Below are positions 1-10,494 of a stretch of 64,000 bases of DNA, one piece after another. The notes under the pieces are model-generated. The model was not told where the DNA came from and did not search any database. It saw only the letters and a list, made by a program, of their open reading frames with translations. Source of the DNA: Candidatus Tayloriibacteriota bacterium (GTDB lineage: Bacteria; Patescibacteriota; Minisyncoccia; Phycocordibacterales; PALSA-1337); NCBI GenBank assembly GCA_037130865.1, contig JBAXSG010000002.1, forward strand, positions 8,066 through 72,065. The letters run 5' to 3'. The translations under genes were made by a program, and so were the position numbers. How positions within the stretch are numbered: the stretch's first letter is position 1; each line of letters opens with the position of its first letter.

Positions 1-795
1 CTAACATCTTGCCTATATTTTTCTTGTGTTTATCAAGCTCGGCGAATGCGTTGTCAATCTCAGATTTCTTCCAATTTAATTTTTGTGCACCTGGCTCTGA
101 TAATGAGTTCGATAAAATGGAATCTATAAACCTCTTCGTCTTTCCCCACCCACCTTCACCCCACGAATTCCTCTCAAATGTCTCGAGTGCCTTCATTCTC
201 TCTTTCTCATCCTTAATAGTGAGGACTTTCATGTATTCATCCTCATTTATATTCCTTTCTTTGCACATCTCCTTAACAGAATCATCCAATTTCTTGAAAT
301 CACCCTTTTTGAATTCTTGCATCTTCTCTATCTTCTTCGCTAGTTTATTGAAACGATCCGGATCAGTCATAGCCAATTCTCCTAATCGATCTTGAACAAC
401 ATCCGTTAGTTTGTCAGGATCGATATGTTCCAATAATTTCTTGAAACTAGGATCATGCTCACCAAGCTCGGCTACCATATCCGGTGTAATCTCTTCTTTT
501 ATATTCTCTACCTTTTGCATCTTCTTATCGAAAATCTCTCTGTATTTGGATAAGACATCAATATCAGCTTCGTTGGGTTCTCCTTTCTTCAGACGAGCCA
601 TAATCTTTTCACTATCTGGACCTACTTCATAATCTAACATCTTACCAAGCAAATCGCTCTTCTCTTTATCCGCTATGATCTCCGCTGTGGTAAGCGGTTC
701 ACGATCTTCCTCTGGTTCACCAGCTTCTTGACGCCTCTTCTTTTCCTCTTCAGCTTTTATTTTTTCCTGTTCTTGCTTATATACTTCGATTGCCA
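1..795 (-). CDS. hypothetical charged (K/E-rich, coiled-coil-like) protein
   Basis: Manual reverse translation from an ATG at 795 (MAIEVYKQEQEKIKAEEEKKRRQE...) runs with no stop to a TAG at 1-3. It is not in the ORF track, probably an edge effect. The plus-strand ORFs 9..395 and 411..632 are its shadow frames. Confidence 0.45.
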
Positions 796-914
796 TGGTA
801 TTTATTGCTATTTATAAGATTAGTAATAACTATGCCCAAAGTCTACCACGACGAATATGGGGTGTAAATCGCATGACTATTGTGAAAAATGGTCGGCTTG
901 ATATAATGGTCGCA

Positions 915-1589
915 ATGAAAATCCTCATCGTAGAAGATGACAAGGAAATCGTTCGCGTAGTGCGAGACGGTTTGTCGTCTGACTCGCACATTATCGAAAT
1001 TGCTGAAGATGGAAATGATGGCGCTTTCTTGGCTAGAAGCTATGAATATGATCTCATTATCCTCGACAATTCCCTGCCGAAGAAAAGTGGCTTGATACTT
1101 TGCAAGGAAATCCGCACTAGTGGAAAATCTGTACCAATAATATTCCTCTCAGTAAATAGTGATACGGAGACTAAGGTCGCAGCACTTGAGAGTGGTGCAG
1201 ATGATTATATGACGAAACCATTTTCTATGTCTGAATTGCGCGCCAGGATAAAAGCTGTGGCTCGCAGACCAAAGATGGTGTCCACGTATAACCTGTTAAA
1301 TATCGGTGACTTGGCGCTGAATGTTGATAAGCAGATTGTGACACGGTCTGACAAAGTAGTGGCACTGACGAAAAAAGAATTTAATGTCTTGGAATACATA
1401 GTAAGAAATGCTGGAACTATAGTATCTCGTAGTTCAATCATGGAACATGTATGGACTGCCGACAGTGATCCCTTCTCAAATACAGTTGAGGCACATATCC
1501 GCAATATAAGAAGAAAAATCAATATTGGCAGCAAAAAACCGGACATGATAAGAAATCTCCCAGGTAGAGGTTATATCATCGAGGCATAA
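915..1589 (+). CDS. OmpR-family two-component response regulator (REC + winged-helix); no cognate kinase adjacent
   Basis: MKILIVEDD...DLIILD...receiver motifs plus a C-terminal trans_reg_C-like domain (LTKKEFNVLEYIV...GRGY). The ORF track starts at 795; the inner MKILIVEDD start at 915 is preferred. Confidence 0.85.
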   Translation: MKILIVEDDKEIVRVVRDGLSSDSHIIEIAEDGNDGAFLARSYEYDLIILDNSLPKKSGLILCKEIRTSGKSVPIIFLSVNSDTETKVAALESGADDYMTKPFSMSELRARIKAVARRPKMVSTYNLLNIGDLALNVDKQIVTRSDKVVALTKKEFNVLEYIVRNAGTIVSRSSIMEHVWTADSDPFSNTVEAHIRNIRRKINIGSKKPDMIRNLPGRGYIIEA

Positions 1590-1858
1590 TCCCGCCTATA
1601 GCCTATAGCTTTCTGCTGGTCTTCATGGCTTTTTGAGAACTTTTTGAGCGTTTCTTCATAACTTTTTGAGTGAAATTTTACCTCGGCGACATAGACTTAT
1701 AGAGGTTACATGTCGATGTAGCCCTTATAAAATAGTTTTGATGCGTGGCATCATCTTCCCAATAAAATCAACCAGATAAACCGACATAGATCTGGACATA
1801 AAAACAGCCAATAAAATCACATAGGCGGGCTTATGAAGTATAAGCATTACTTAAGAAC

Positions 1859-1898
1859 AAAATAGCGCGTCACAGGCAAGTGCGTGCTATTTTGTCTT
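1859..1898. terminator. imperfect hairpin with flanking A/T runs at the convergent gene ends (bidirectional terminator candidate)
   Basis: aaaatagcgcg-tcacaggcaagtg-cgtgctatttt. It overlaps the stop codon of the minus-strand gene 1887..2660. Confidence 0.4.
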
Positions 1899-2660
1899 CT
1901 TATGATCGTCCTGCACATCGCGGGCTGCTTTGCGATACGCACAATAATCACAAGCCTTCGCCGGCTTGGGAGTCGTATTCGACATGAGACATTCTTTCAT
2001 ATTCACGAGCGCCTTCTCTACCCAAGAATCATCGCCAGTATACGGTATTAAGTCTATATCAAATTCCAATTTTGCGTCGAAGGCGGCGCGGTCGGTTTTG
2101 CCGTTGCAGTATACAAAATACCCAGTCTTGGAGACATTAAAACCATTTTGTCGGAAGAGCCACTGATATACTTCCATCTGGCGCTTATAACCAATCTGCC
2201 ATTCCTTATCCAAAGTTACTTTCTCCTCTTTGCTAGTCGACTTATAGTCAACGATTATGACTTCGCCTTTTTCATTGATCCAGATATCATCGATCGCACC
2301 AGTCACCAGCAGATTCGTATCTGGATGTATATATGTGATGCCTTTGAAATTACTCCTCCAGATATCCATATTTTCATGAGCATAAGGTATAACACCATTG
2401 AGACCATAAGCTTGCATCAATGGATGTGGTCGCTTCTTTGCACGATGAATATCGAACTCTTTTTTCAGCAAAGCATCGACTGCGGAGTTCAGCGCAAAAG
2501 GAAATCCTGGCGGTCTAGCTGTACCAAGTCGACAATCTAAATAGAAACAAAGCGGACAATTCATGAACAAATCTATCTTTGTGCGACTAGCACGAAAAGG
2601 TTCTTTCGATTTCGGATCAAATAACCTACTAGTTCTGCGCGGATTATAGAAGTCTGACAT
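1887..2660 (-). CDS. PD-(D/E)xK family nuclease, Cas4/RecB-like with a Cys cluster
   Basis: N-terminal CPLCFYLDC, IVDYKST (D/ExK-like core), C-terminal CDYCAY Cys pair. This is typical of DUF83/Cas4-type Fe-S nucleases. Confidence 0.6.
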   Translation of the reverse strand: MSDFYNPRRTSRLFDPKSKEPFRASRTKIDLFMNCPLCFYLDCRLGTARPPGFPFALNSAVDALLKKEFDIHRAKKRPHPLMQAYGLNGVIPYAHENMDIWRSNFKGITYIHPDTNLLVTGAIDDIWINEKGEVIIVDYKSTSKEEKVTLDKEWQIGYKRQMEVYQWLFRQNGFNVSKTGYFVYCNGKTDRAAFDAKLEFDIDLIPYTGDDSWVEKALVNMKECLMSNTTPKPAKACDYCAYRKAARDVQDDHKKTK

Positions 2661-2675
2661 GTCTAAATGATAACA

Positions 2676-3329
2676 CTAATTTGTGCTGCTTGTTGCCACA
2701 GTCACGCTTTCCATAACCATCTTTGTGAGTGGCTTATCTCCATCGTCTCGTGGAGTTGTAGCGATAGCATCGACAACATCAAGACCTGAAATCACTTTGC
2801 CAAATATTGTGTAGTTGTGAGGAAGCGCAACATCTTTGTGCATTATGAAGAATTGGCTACCGTTCGTATTTGGTCCAGAATTTGCCATAGCAACAACACC
2901 ACGGACATAGCCAGCTTTTGCTGAAGGAGTATTTGGATCGAGTTCATCTGCGAATTTATATCCAGGACCGCCCATACCTGTACCAGTAGGATCTCCACCT
3001 TGGATCATGAATCCCTCGATGACACGATGAAATATAAGACCATTATAGAAACCTTTGTTTGCAAGTGTTATGAAATTTGTCGAAGCTTGTGGTGCATCCT
3101 GATCGTAAGTCTCGAAGACTATAGTTCCCTTATTTGTTTTGATAGTGACTGTATGCATAGATTTTGGTTTTGATGTTAATGAAGCGGTCGAAGTCGACAA
3201 GTTATTAATAGAATCGGTGCTATTTACGTCTACTGGCGTCACATTGGATTTCCTGTCTGTGAAATACCACGCTGCACCGATAATGATTATCACGACGATT
3301 ATCAAGCTAATTTGTTTGTATGTACTCAT
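2676..3329 (-). CDS. ppiB: cyclophilin-type peptidyl-prolyl cis-trans isomerase, membrane-anchored
   Basis: N-terminal TM segment; FHRVIEGFMIQGGDPTGTGMGGPGY and SQFFI cyclophilin signature regions. Confidence 0.9.
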   Translation of the reverse strand: MSTYKQISLIIVVIIIIGAAWYFTDRKSNVTPVDVNSTDSINNLSTSTASLTSKPKSMHTVTIKTNKGTIVFETYDQDAPQASTNFITLANKGFYNGLIFHRVIEGFMIQGGDPTGTGMGGPGYKFADELDPNTPSAKAGYVRGVVAMANSGPNTNGSQFFIMHKDVALPHNYTIFGKVISGLDVVDAIATTPRDDGDKPLTKMVMESVTVATSSTN

Positions 3330-3355
3330 TTGTTTTTTATTTGTAGCATTTGTAT

Positions 3356-4354
3356 TCAGAGATTATACAACTCCTTAGCTTTGCTTACAATAAGTTTCTT
3401 GGCATCTTCGAGCGAAGCGGAAATCGTGGCGCCAGCTGCGGCTTTATGACCGCCACCACCCAGAGCTGTGGCCAAATCCCCTACTGAAAAATTGACTATA
3501 TCTTTTGTACGAAAACTGCATTTGACCTTTCCAGGTGTCTGTTCTACTAGAGACGCAACAATTTTCCATTCGGCGACAGTATTCATCATACTAGAAATAG
3601 ATATTGGACTTCCACCTATACCAGCTACTGTGATCTTCTTTTCGGCAAGCTTAGCATTTGAAACTCCTGATATGGCCAATTTGCCACCAAGGAAAACTTC
3701 TACTGAATCCAAAGCTACTCCACAAAAGGCCAATCCTTCCGGAGTCTCAGAATTTTGCATACCGAGTATCAATGAAGAGAATTCCGGATATATTTTCACT
3801 AAAGAAGCTACAGTTTCATATGTTTTGAGACTTGCATTGCTAAACTTAAATCCACCTGTGTCTGCATATATAGCAATAAACAAGTTAGCCGCCATGTTGG
3901 CTGTTATTTCTACGCCAATCTCATTGAAAAAATCAAATAGAACCTGACCTGTAGCCGATGCATCTGGCACTATCAAGCTCAAATCCGTGAAGCCGGAATT
4001 CGATGGATGATGATCTATGGCTATAGACTTGATTGGTAATGGAAAGACAACCTGCTTGAGTTTGGAGATCTGGTTTGTTGAAGAGACATCCAGGAGTATA
4101 AACAGATCAAAATCTTTCAGATCGACTTCACAGAAATTCTTAGCGACAATATCTTTTGCACCAGGAAAATGCATAAATCCTTGAGGAATTTCCGAATCCC
4201 CTTTTATGACGGTGACTCTTTTACCAAGACTTTCCAGAGCGAATTTCATAGCTAGATTTGAGCCGACGCTATCTGGATCAGGTGATGGGTGGCAACACAA
4301 CAAAATAGAATTAGCTTTTTTTATCTCTGACAATATAATATCTGATATTTTCAT
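3356..4354 (-). CDS. DHH-family phosphoesterase (NrnA-like oligoribonuclease/pAp phosphatase)
   Basis: MKISDIILSEIKKANSILLCCHPSPDPDSVGS, DHH motif (AIDHH), C-terminal DHHA1 GGGGHKAAAG. The ORF track begins 12 codons upstream at 4390. Confidence 0.8.
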   Translation of the reverse strand: MKISDIILSEIKKANSILLCCHPSPDPDSVGSNLAMKFALESLGKRVTVIKGDSEIPQGFMHFPGAKDIVAKNFCEVDLKDFDLFILLDVSSTNQISKLKQVVFPLPIKSIAIDHHPSNSGFTDLSLIVPDASATGQVLFDFFNEIGVEITANMAANLFIAIYADTGGFKFSNASLKTYETVASLVKIYPEFSSLILGMQNSETPEGLAFCGVALDSVEVFLGGKLAISGVSNAKLAEKKITVAGIGGSPISISSMMNTVAEWKIVASLVEQTPGKVKCSFRTKDIVNFSVGDLATALGGGGHKAAAGATISASLEDAKKLIVSKAKELYNL

Positions 4355-4410
4355 GGCTATACTATGGCACAATATGCACTGATTTTCCATATCAGATATA
4401 CATAAATGCT

Positions 4411-5034
4411 ATGATGTACTGTATGCAATCAAATACAGATGAGGAATTAGTCGATCTTGTAAAAGATGGCGATCATGAGGCCTTTGGAATTTTGACAAGA
4501 AGACATGTCGATCATATATATAACTTCATCCGCCAATACACAACTTCATCTTCCTCACAAAAGGAAGACACTGACGACATTACTCAGGAGACTTTCCTCA
4601 AGGCATGGAAACATATAGGAGGATTCAAAAAGGGTAAAAAATTCACAACCTGGCTTTTTACTATAGCCAGAAACTCTGCCCTCGATCATATAAAAAAGCG
4701 CAGAGCATTCTCTTTCTCAGATATGGACTCCTTCGGTGGAAACGATGACGAAAGTGAAGGTGGCGGTGATGGTAGATTTGCTGAGACATTGAAAGATCCC
4801 GAACCATTATCACCAGAAATATTTGAAAGAAAAGAGCTGGCGCTGGAACTGACAAAAGCCATGGATACGCTGCCTCCGGACTGGCGAGCTGTCCTTGTTA
4901 TGCATTATACGGACGATATGACCTTCGAGGAGATCGCTACTGTCATATCAAGGCCGATGAATACTGTGAAGAGTTGGCACCATCGAGCTATACAGAAGAT
5001 AAGAGAAATTCTTACTACGCACCATAATGACTGA
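4411..5034 (+). CDS. RNA polymerase sigma-70 family, ECF subfamily sigma factor
   Basis: Region 2 (ETFLKAWKHIGGF...FTTWLFTIARNSALDHIKKRR) and region 4 (LPPDWRAVLVMHYTDDMTFEEIATVI...). Confidence 0.85.
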   Translation: MMYCMQSNTDEELVDLVKDGDHEAFGILTRRHVDHIYNFIRQYTTSSSSQKEDTDDITQETFLKAWKHIGGFKKGKKFTTWLFTIARNSALDHIKKRRAFSFSDMDSFGGNDDESEGGGDGRFAETLKDPEPLSPEIFERKELALELTKAMDTLPPDWRAVLVMHYTDDMTFEEIATVISRPMNTVKSWHHRAIQKIREILTTHHND

Positions 5035-5058
5035 TTGTATCGTATAAACACTAAGCAA

Positions 5059-5481
5059 ATGCAACCAAATACACATATAGACACCAACTATAAGAGACTC
5101 CTGACAAGCGCAACATCAACAAAAGCGCCTGGTTATATCTCGGTTGGTATAGAGAAAAGTATACACAAAGCCCAAGTCCAGAGAGACATCATAAGAGGTA
5201 TTAGCTATGCTATCGCGACATGTTTAGCTGTTGCGGCATTTGTCCCAGCATTCAAGTCTCTATTAGACGCGATGATAGGATCAGGTTTTACTTCCTACGC
5301 ATCTGTATTGCTAACAGATGGAGGTAACCTCATAGGATCATGGAAAGAGATCGGAATGGTATTAGTAGAGTCATTGCCTATGTTAAGTCTAACTGCGGTG
5401 GTGGCATTGCTCGTTGGTTCGATCTATTCATTCAATAAAAGCTTCTCATACATGAAAGATCTTCGTACATTGCAGATATAG
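5059..5481 (+). CDS. membrane protein immediately downstream of the ECF sigma gene (putative anti-sigma factor)
   Basis: Overlaps or abuts the sigma gene stop. It has a cytoplasmic N-terminus followed by TM helices. The call rests on position only. Confidence 0.3.
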   Translation: MQPNTHIDTNYKRLLTSATSTKAPGYISVGIEKSIHKAQVQRDIIRGISYAIATCLAVAAFVPAFKSLLDAMIGSGFTSYASVLLTDGGNLIGSWKEIGMVLVESLPMLSLTAVVALLVGSIYSFNKSFSYMKDLRTLQI

Positions 5482-5524
5482 TATCCAAATATAATTTTAA
5501 TAATAATTTAATAAAAATAAAAAC

Positions 5525-5977
5525 ATGAAAGAAATACTAAAACATCCACATACAAAAAAAGTCATAAATATTTTCGGTGTCATCCTGGTCGCTCTAGTCA
5601 TATTTTCCGCTGGAGTAACTATCGGATTCATCAAGGGTGAATTCTCTGAGAGATGGGATAAGAACTATATGGGAATGATGGGTGGTCCACGATCGCCTTT
5701 TCAAACATTTTCTGATATAGACAACCGAGCACCTTCTCCACATGGTACAGCTGGTCAAGTGATATCCTCGGGCAATGGACAGATAGTTGTTCGAGGACCT
5801 GGTGAAATGGAATATATAGTCATCGTTAGTCCACAAACAATAATCCGTCAATTGCGTCAGCAAGGTACAACTACGGATGTTGTGGTCGGATCATGGATAA
5901 CCGCTATAGGATCACCAGATGAGACTGGTCGATTGGTAGCTTCTTTTATAAGGATCATGCCATCACCACAAAAATAA
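5525..5977 (+). CDS. hypothetical membrane-anchored protein
   Basis: N-terminal TM (IFGVILVALVIFSAGVTIGF) then a soluble domain; no recognisable motifs. Confidence 0.4.
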   Translation: MKEILKHPHTKKVINIFGVILVALVIFSAGVTIGFIKGEFSERWDKNYMGMMGGPRSPFQTFSDIDNRAPSPHGTAGQVISSGNGQIVVRGPGEMEYIVIVSPQTIIRQLRQQGTTTDVVVGSWITAIGSPDETGRLVASFIRIMPSPQK

Positions 5978-5979
5978 AT

Positions 5980-7647
5980 ATGAGTACAAAACTTCTTTCC
6001 AAGATAAGAGAATATGCTCGTGCACACAAACTGATAACGACGATCATTGTACTCGCAGTGATTGGTGGTGGATATTACTGGTACAGATCTATGTCGACCT
6101 CCAGTACTACACCACAATATGTTCTGAGTCCTGTACGCATAGGATCGATTATCCAAACAGTTTCTGGTACTGGCCAAGTATCTGCCTCAAATCAGACAGA
6201 TATACAAAGCCAGGTATCTGGCACAATAGAATCCATAAACGTATCCGTCGGACAAACAGTATCAGCTGGAGATTTGATAGCTACTATAGACTCTACCAAC
6301 GCCAAGATGAATCTAGACAATTCACTTATTTCCTTCGCCAAACTAACCGAACCAGCAAAAGCGGCAGATATATCAAATGCGCAAAATAGCGTCGCAAAAT
6401 CTTACAATGATGGTTTTAATTCTATGTCATCCATATACTTAGACTTACCAGCTATCATGACTGGAATGAAAAGTCTCTTGTATAGCCAGACTGGATTCCT
6501 ATCAGACCAGAACGCCAACAGTCTTTCACCTACAAGTCTCTCCATGCGCAATGAAGCCGGTACAGCGTATGATGCAGCGGCAACACAATATCAGAATAGT
6601 CTGAGTGAATTCCATGGTCTGACAAGAGAAAGTGCGACATCTTCCATAGATTTTGCTCTCACAAATACCTTCAAGACAATTCAAATGGTAGCAAAAGTAG
6701 TAACAGCTGCACAAAACACTATTACATTTGTGGTAAATACCCAACCGGATTATCAATCCAAGAATGCGACTGCAGCTGCGGCCAATGCTAACTCGTGGAC
6801 GAGCCAAGTGAATTCAGATCTATCAGGACTTATGTCCGCTATAAATTCTATACAGAGCTCACAAAATACTTACTCAACTCTTATAAATGGTGCTGATCAA
6901 TATGACATCCAGACTGCAAAGATAGGGCTGGAACAACAACAGAGGACATATGCGAACTATTTCATACGGGCTCCTTATGATGGAATCATTGGTCGCATAC
7001 CTGTAAATGTCTATGGTCAAGCTGGTGGAGGAACTACCATGGCTACCATAGTCGGAACAGATATGATGGCCACAATATCACTCGATGAGGTCAATGCTGC
7101 AAAAGTCAAAGTCGGCCAACCAGCTACTATTACCTTCAATGCTATAAGTGACATAACTGCGACTGGTACAGTAAGTGTAGTTGACCAAATCGGCACTGTA
7201 ACATCTGGAGTGGTGTCTTATGGAGTCAAGATAATAATAAATACCAAAGATAGTCGCATAAAGCCAGGTATGAGTCTGAATACAAATATAACTACATACG
7301 AGAAAGATGGTGTAATAGTAGTTCCATCAGGTGCTGTGAAGACACAGAGTGGTAATAACTATGTACAAGCGTTCGATCAAGCAACCGTAAAACAATACAA
7401 CAATTCCAACACTCAAGGTAGAACCGTGACTATATCCACAAATACTCAACCACTGCAGGTCACTGTAGTAACTGGCGATTCCGACGATACAAATATTGAG
7501 ATTGTCAGTGGTCTAACCAGAGGACAATTTGTAGTGACCAAGACCATAACTTCTGGAAGTGCCGTCTCAAATACAGCAGCTCCAAGTATTCTATCTAGTC
7601 TCACTGGTAATCGCGGTGGAGGTGGTGCAAGGCCTGGCGGAAATTGA
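5980..7647 (+). CDS. efflux periplasmic adaptor (HlyD/MacA-like membrane fusion protein)
   Basis: N-terminal TM, biotinyl/lipoyl-like hairpin segments (VSGTIESINVSVGQTVSAGDLIATID). It is followed directly by MacB-type ATPase and permease genes. Confidence 0.8.
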   Translation: MSTKLLSKIREYARAHKLITTIIVLAVIGGGYYWYRSMSTSSTTPQYVLSPVRIGSIIQTVSGTGQVSASNQTDIQSQVSGTIESINVSVGQTVSAGDLIATIDSTNAKMNLDNSLISFAKLTEPAKAADISNAQNSVAKSYNDGFNSMSSIYLDLPAIMTGMKSLLYSQTGFLSDQNANSLSPTSLSMRNEAGTAYDAAATQYQNSLSEFHGLTRESATSSIDFALTNTFKTIQMVAKVVTAAQNTITFVVNTQPDYQSKNATAAAANANSWTSQVNSDLSGLMSAINSIQSSQNTYSTLINGADQYDIQTAKIGLEQQQRTYANYFIRAPYDGIIGRIPVNVYGQAGGGTTMATIVGTDMMATISLDEVNAAKVKVGQPATITFNAISDITATGTVSVVDQIGTVTSGVVSYGVKIIINTKDSRIKPGMSLNTNITTYEKDGVIVVPSGAVKTQSGNNYVQAFDQATVKQYNNSNTQGRTVTISTNTQPLQVTVVTGDSDDTNIEIVSGLTRGQFVVTKTITSGSAVSNTAAPSILSSLTGNRGGGGARPGGN

Positions 7648-7656
7648 AAAAACTAA

Positions 7657-8373
7657 ATGATTGAAGTAAAAAATATCACAAAGACATATAAAAATGGTGA
7701 TAATGAGACCCATGCTCTTTGCGGCGTCTCGTTCACGATCGACGATGGAGAGTTTGTGGCCATCATGGGTCCTTCAGGATCTGGAAAATCTACACTCATG
7801 CATATTCTTGGGGCTCTAGATACACCAACATCTGGTACATATCACTTGGATAAGCACGATGTTTCAAAACTCTCAGATGACGAACTGGCAGACATACGCC
7901 GCAATCGTATCGGTTTTGTATTCCAGTCATTTAACTTGCTCCCGCGAGCCACGGCTCTACGTAATGTCATGCTTCCTCTTATATATTCCGAAATACCAGA
8001 GAAAGAAAGACTAAAACAGGCTCGAGCTTCCCTTTCTAGTGCTGGATTAGATGAAGATCGATACAACCATAAGTCAAATCAACTCTCTGGTGGACAGATA
8101 CAACGTGTGGCTATTGCACGCGCTCTCGTAAATAATCCGTCACTTATCCTGGCAGACGAACCTACTGGAAACTTAGACTCGCATACAGGAGATATTGTGC
8201 TTGGGACATTTCAACATCTAAACAAAGAGCTCAAGAGAACTATAGTGCTTATAACTCATGAGCGGGAAGTTGCTGAACATGCCGATAGAATTATTTACAT
8301 AAAAGATGGACTTATTGTTGAAGACGGTAGTGGTCATGATAAGAGAATAATAAATCAAGGAAAAAGAAAATAA
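7657..8373 (+). CDS. ABC transporter ATP-binding protein (MacB/LolD-type)
   Basis: Walker [10 protein letters not shown], signature [15 protein letters not shown], Walker [14 protein letters not shown]-loop ITHE. Confidence 0.9.
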   Translation: MIEVKNITKTYKNGDNETHALCGVSFTIDDGEFVAIMGPSGSGKSTLMHILGALDTPTSGTYHLDKHDVSKLSDDELADIRRNRIGFVFQSFNLLPRATALRNVMLPLIYSEIPEKERLKQARASLSSAGLDEDRYNHKSNQLSGGQIQRVAIARALVNNPSLILADEPTGNLDSHTGDIVLGTFQHLNKELKRTIVLITHEREVAEHADRIIYIKDGLIVEDGSGHDKRIINQGKRK

Positions 8374-9599
8374 TGACTACAAAAGATATATTACATGAAA
8401 CATTTTCAGCACTAACTGCCAACAAAGTGCGCACCTCTCTTACTATGCTTGGAATAATCATAGGTATCAGTTCTGTCATAATAATGGTGGCTATTGGTCA
8501 AGGCGCACAAGGATCTATTCAGGCCAATATTCAATCCCTGGGCTCAAATCTGATAGTCATAATGCCTGGAGCACAAAGATCTCTCGGATATGGAGCATCT
8601 GGAGGACGCGGAAATTCTCAGACTCTCACTCCAGCGGATGCTACAGCAATATCCAGCCAAATAGCCAATATCGCAGAAGTATCTCCGGAAGTTTCTGGAC
8701 GATATCAAGTCACCGCAAAAGGTACTAACACAAATACTACTGTAAATGGGGTCACAGCTGCTTATGCTGGTGTTCACAATATACAAGTCAATGATGGTAA
8801 TTTCATCACCGATGCAGATGGCAAAAATCTCTCCAGAGTCGCTGTCATCGGTCCAACCACTGCCAACGATCTCTTCGCTACTGGTACAGAGCCTGTCGGT
8901 CAGACAATAGCGATAAAGGGAATGCCCTTCACAGTTATCGGTGTGACTGTTTCAAAAGGTTCAAGTGGATTTAGTAATCAAGACGATGCCATTTATATAC
9001 CCCTACAAGATGCGCAGTTATTCTTGCTCGGAAAAACAACTTATCTGAACACATTGAGCATATCAGCGACTTCACCGGATGTTATGACTCAATTACAAAA
9101 TGACATAACTACCCTACTCTTGGAAAGACATGGAATCAGTGATCCTACAGCCGCTGACTTCAATGTTATGAACCAAGCCTCCATAGTCTCCGCAGCATCC
9201 AGCGTCACTAGTACATTTACCATGTTGCTCGCGGCCGTCGCCGGAATATCGCTAGTCGTCGGCGGTATCGGCATCATGAATATGATGCTCACCACAGTCA
9301 CCGAACGCACTCGTGAGATCGGCTTACGCAAAGCTATCGGTGCCAAGCGTCATGATATAAATATACAATTCCTAACAGAAGCTGTGATACTTACCGTCAT
9401 TGGCGGTGCCATAGGAGTTCTACTCGGTTGGAGTGCCGCTTACGCTGTCACCGCGCTCGGCATATTGCAAGCGTCTATTTCCCTCTCCTCGGTATTGCTC
9501 GCCTTCGGAGTTTCGGCAGCCATAGGTATAGTCTTCGGTTATTATCCTGCTCGTCGTGCATCCAGATTGAATCCGATAGAAGCGCTGAGGTATGAGTAA
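8373..9599 (+). CDS. ABC transporter permease, FtsX/MacB-like
   Basis: MacB periplasmic domain plus C-terminal FtsX-like 4-TM region (GIMNMMLTTVTERTREIGLRKAIGA). Confidence 0.9.
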   Translation: MTTKDILHETFSALTANKVRTSLTMLGIIIGISSVIIMVAIGQGAQGSIQANIQSLGSNLIVIMPGAQRSLGYGASGGRGNSQTLTPADATAISSQIANIAEVSPEVSGRYQVTAKGTNTNTTVNGVTAAYAGVHNIQVNDGNFITDADGKNLSRVAVIGPTTANDLFATGTEPVGQTIAIKGMPFTVIGVTVSKGSSGFSNQDDAIYIPLQDAQLFLLGKTTYLNTLSISATSPDVMTQLQNDITTLLLERHGISDPTAADFNVMNQASIVSAASSVTSTFTMLLAAVAGISLVVGGIGIMNMMLTTVTERTREIGLRKAIGAKRHDINIQFLTEAVILTVIGGAIGVLLGWSAAYAVTALGILQASISLSSVLLAFGVSAAIGIVFGYYPARRASRLNPIEALRYE

Positions 9600-9727
9600 A
9601 AACATGCGGCAATTGACTACAACCTCCAAGAGTAGTATGGTAAATCCCAGATAGCGAGCTTCCCCTTCACCTATCTGGATCGACGAAAGTTTGTAGAGGC
9701 TGAAACTTCTGCGAATGCCTGAAGCCG

Positions 9728-10426
9728 TTGGTTCTGAACCGGGGATGGAAGAAAGTAGGAAGAAAGATGAACATTGTAAAACTAGTTAGAATGAGTCGGG
9801 AGGAAAACCCAAATCCGCGGCTTACAAAAATGTCTGTGGACTGGGGAGGTTACTTTAATCCTGTCAGAGGGACTTTGACGCTCTGGCGGATATACAAATT
9901 CACCGCGGTCATTATCGCGCTACTGATTGGTCATTGTATCGTCACCTATGCGTTAAACATGCCATGGGTTATAAGCAAAACCGATGTGAGTTTGTGGGGC
10001 TTTGTTGGGATAACTCTATCAGTAACTCTTTGCGGGCTGATCATTGATATCCTCAAGTCACCAAACTTCCGAGACGGCAGACTATTCATCGATGCTATAT
10101 CAATCCTTGAGAAGGTGGTGGGAAAACCATCGAATCAATTAGGTGAGGCCGACCACTTGGAGGAGAAGGCTCGTGCCTATCTGGCAAATCTGGCTTCTGC
10201 TGTCGACAGTTATGAGGCACTCGAGAAAGATAAGCGGGGATTAAAACCCTGGGAGACCCCGGAAGTGGCAAGAACGGTCATACGCAGACGTAAAGAGTTC
10301 AACTTACACTTCTCCATTCTGACGAGAGCACTGCCGGAAATACCGCAAAGTAAGGGTGAGTATTATCCTGATAAGGCGACCATCAAAAATACCGAAGAAG
10401 TGGTTCGCGCTATGCTCGAAGACTAA
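9728..10426 (+). CDS. hypothetical membrane protein (in a GC-elevated block)
   Basis: Two to three predicted TM helices; no recognisable motifs. Local GC is visibly higher than the neighbours. Confidence 0.4.
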   Translation: MVLNRGWKKVGRKMNIVKLVRMSREENPNPRLTKMSVDWGGYFNPVRGTLTLWRIYKFTAVIIALLIGHCIVTYALNMPWVISKTDVSLWGFVGITLSVTLCGLIIDILKSPNFRDGRLFIDAISILEKVVGKPSNQLGEADHLEEKARAYLANLASAVDSYEALEKDKRGLKPWETPEVARTVIRRRKEFNLHFSILTRALPEIPQSKGEYYPDKATIKNTEEVVRAMLED

Positions 10427-10432
10427 ACCCAA

Positions 10433-10477
10433 CCCCGTAAGAGAATCCCGAAAGGACCTCTTACGGGGTTCTCTTTT
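10433..10477 (+). terminator. rho-independent terminator
   Basis: ccccgtaagag-loop-ctcttacgggg hairpin followed by ttctcttttt. Confidence 0.6.
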
Positions 10478-10494
10478 TATGTTAAAATAATGCT

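Noticed and set aside
1205-1546. Antisense ORFs inside well-supported genes (for example 1205..1546, 3468..3947, 19024..19470, 50959..51471, 55348..55956, 56047..56535, 62701..63183)
   Set aside because: These are shadow frames opposite strong homology-supported CDSs. Their compositions are low-complexity (Ser/Cys/Arg-rich) and they have no motifs.
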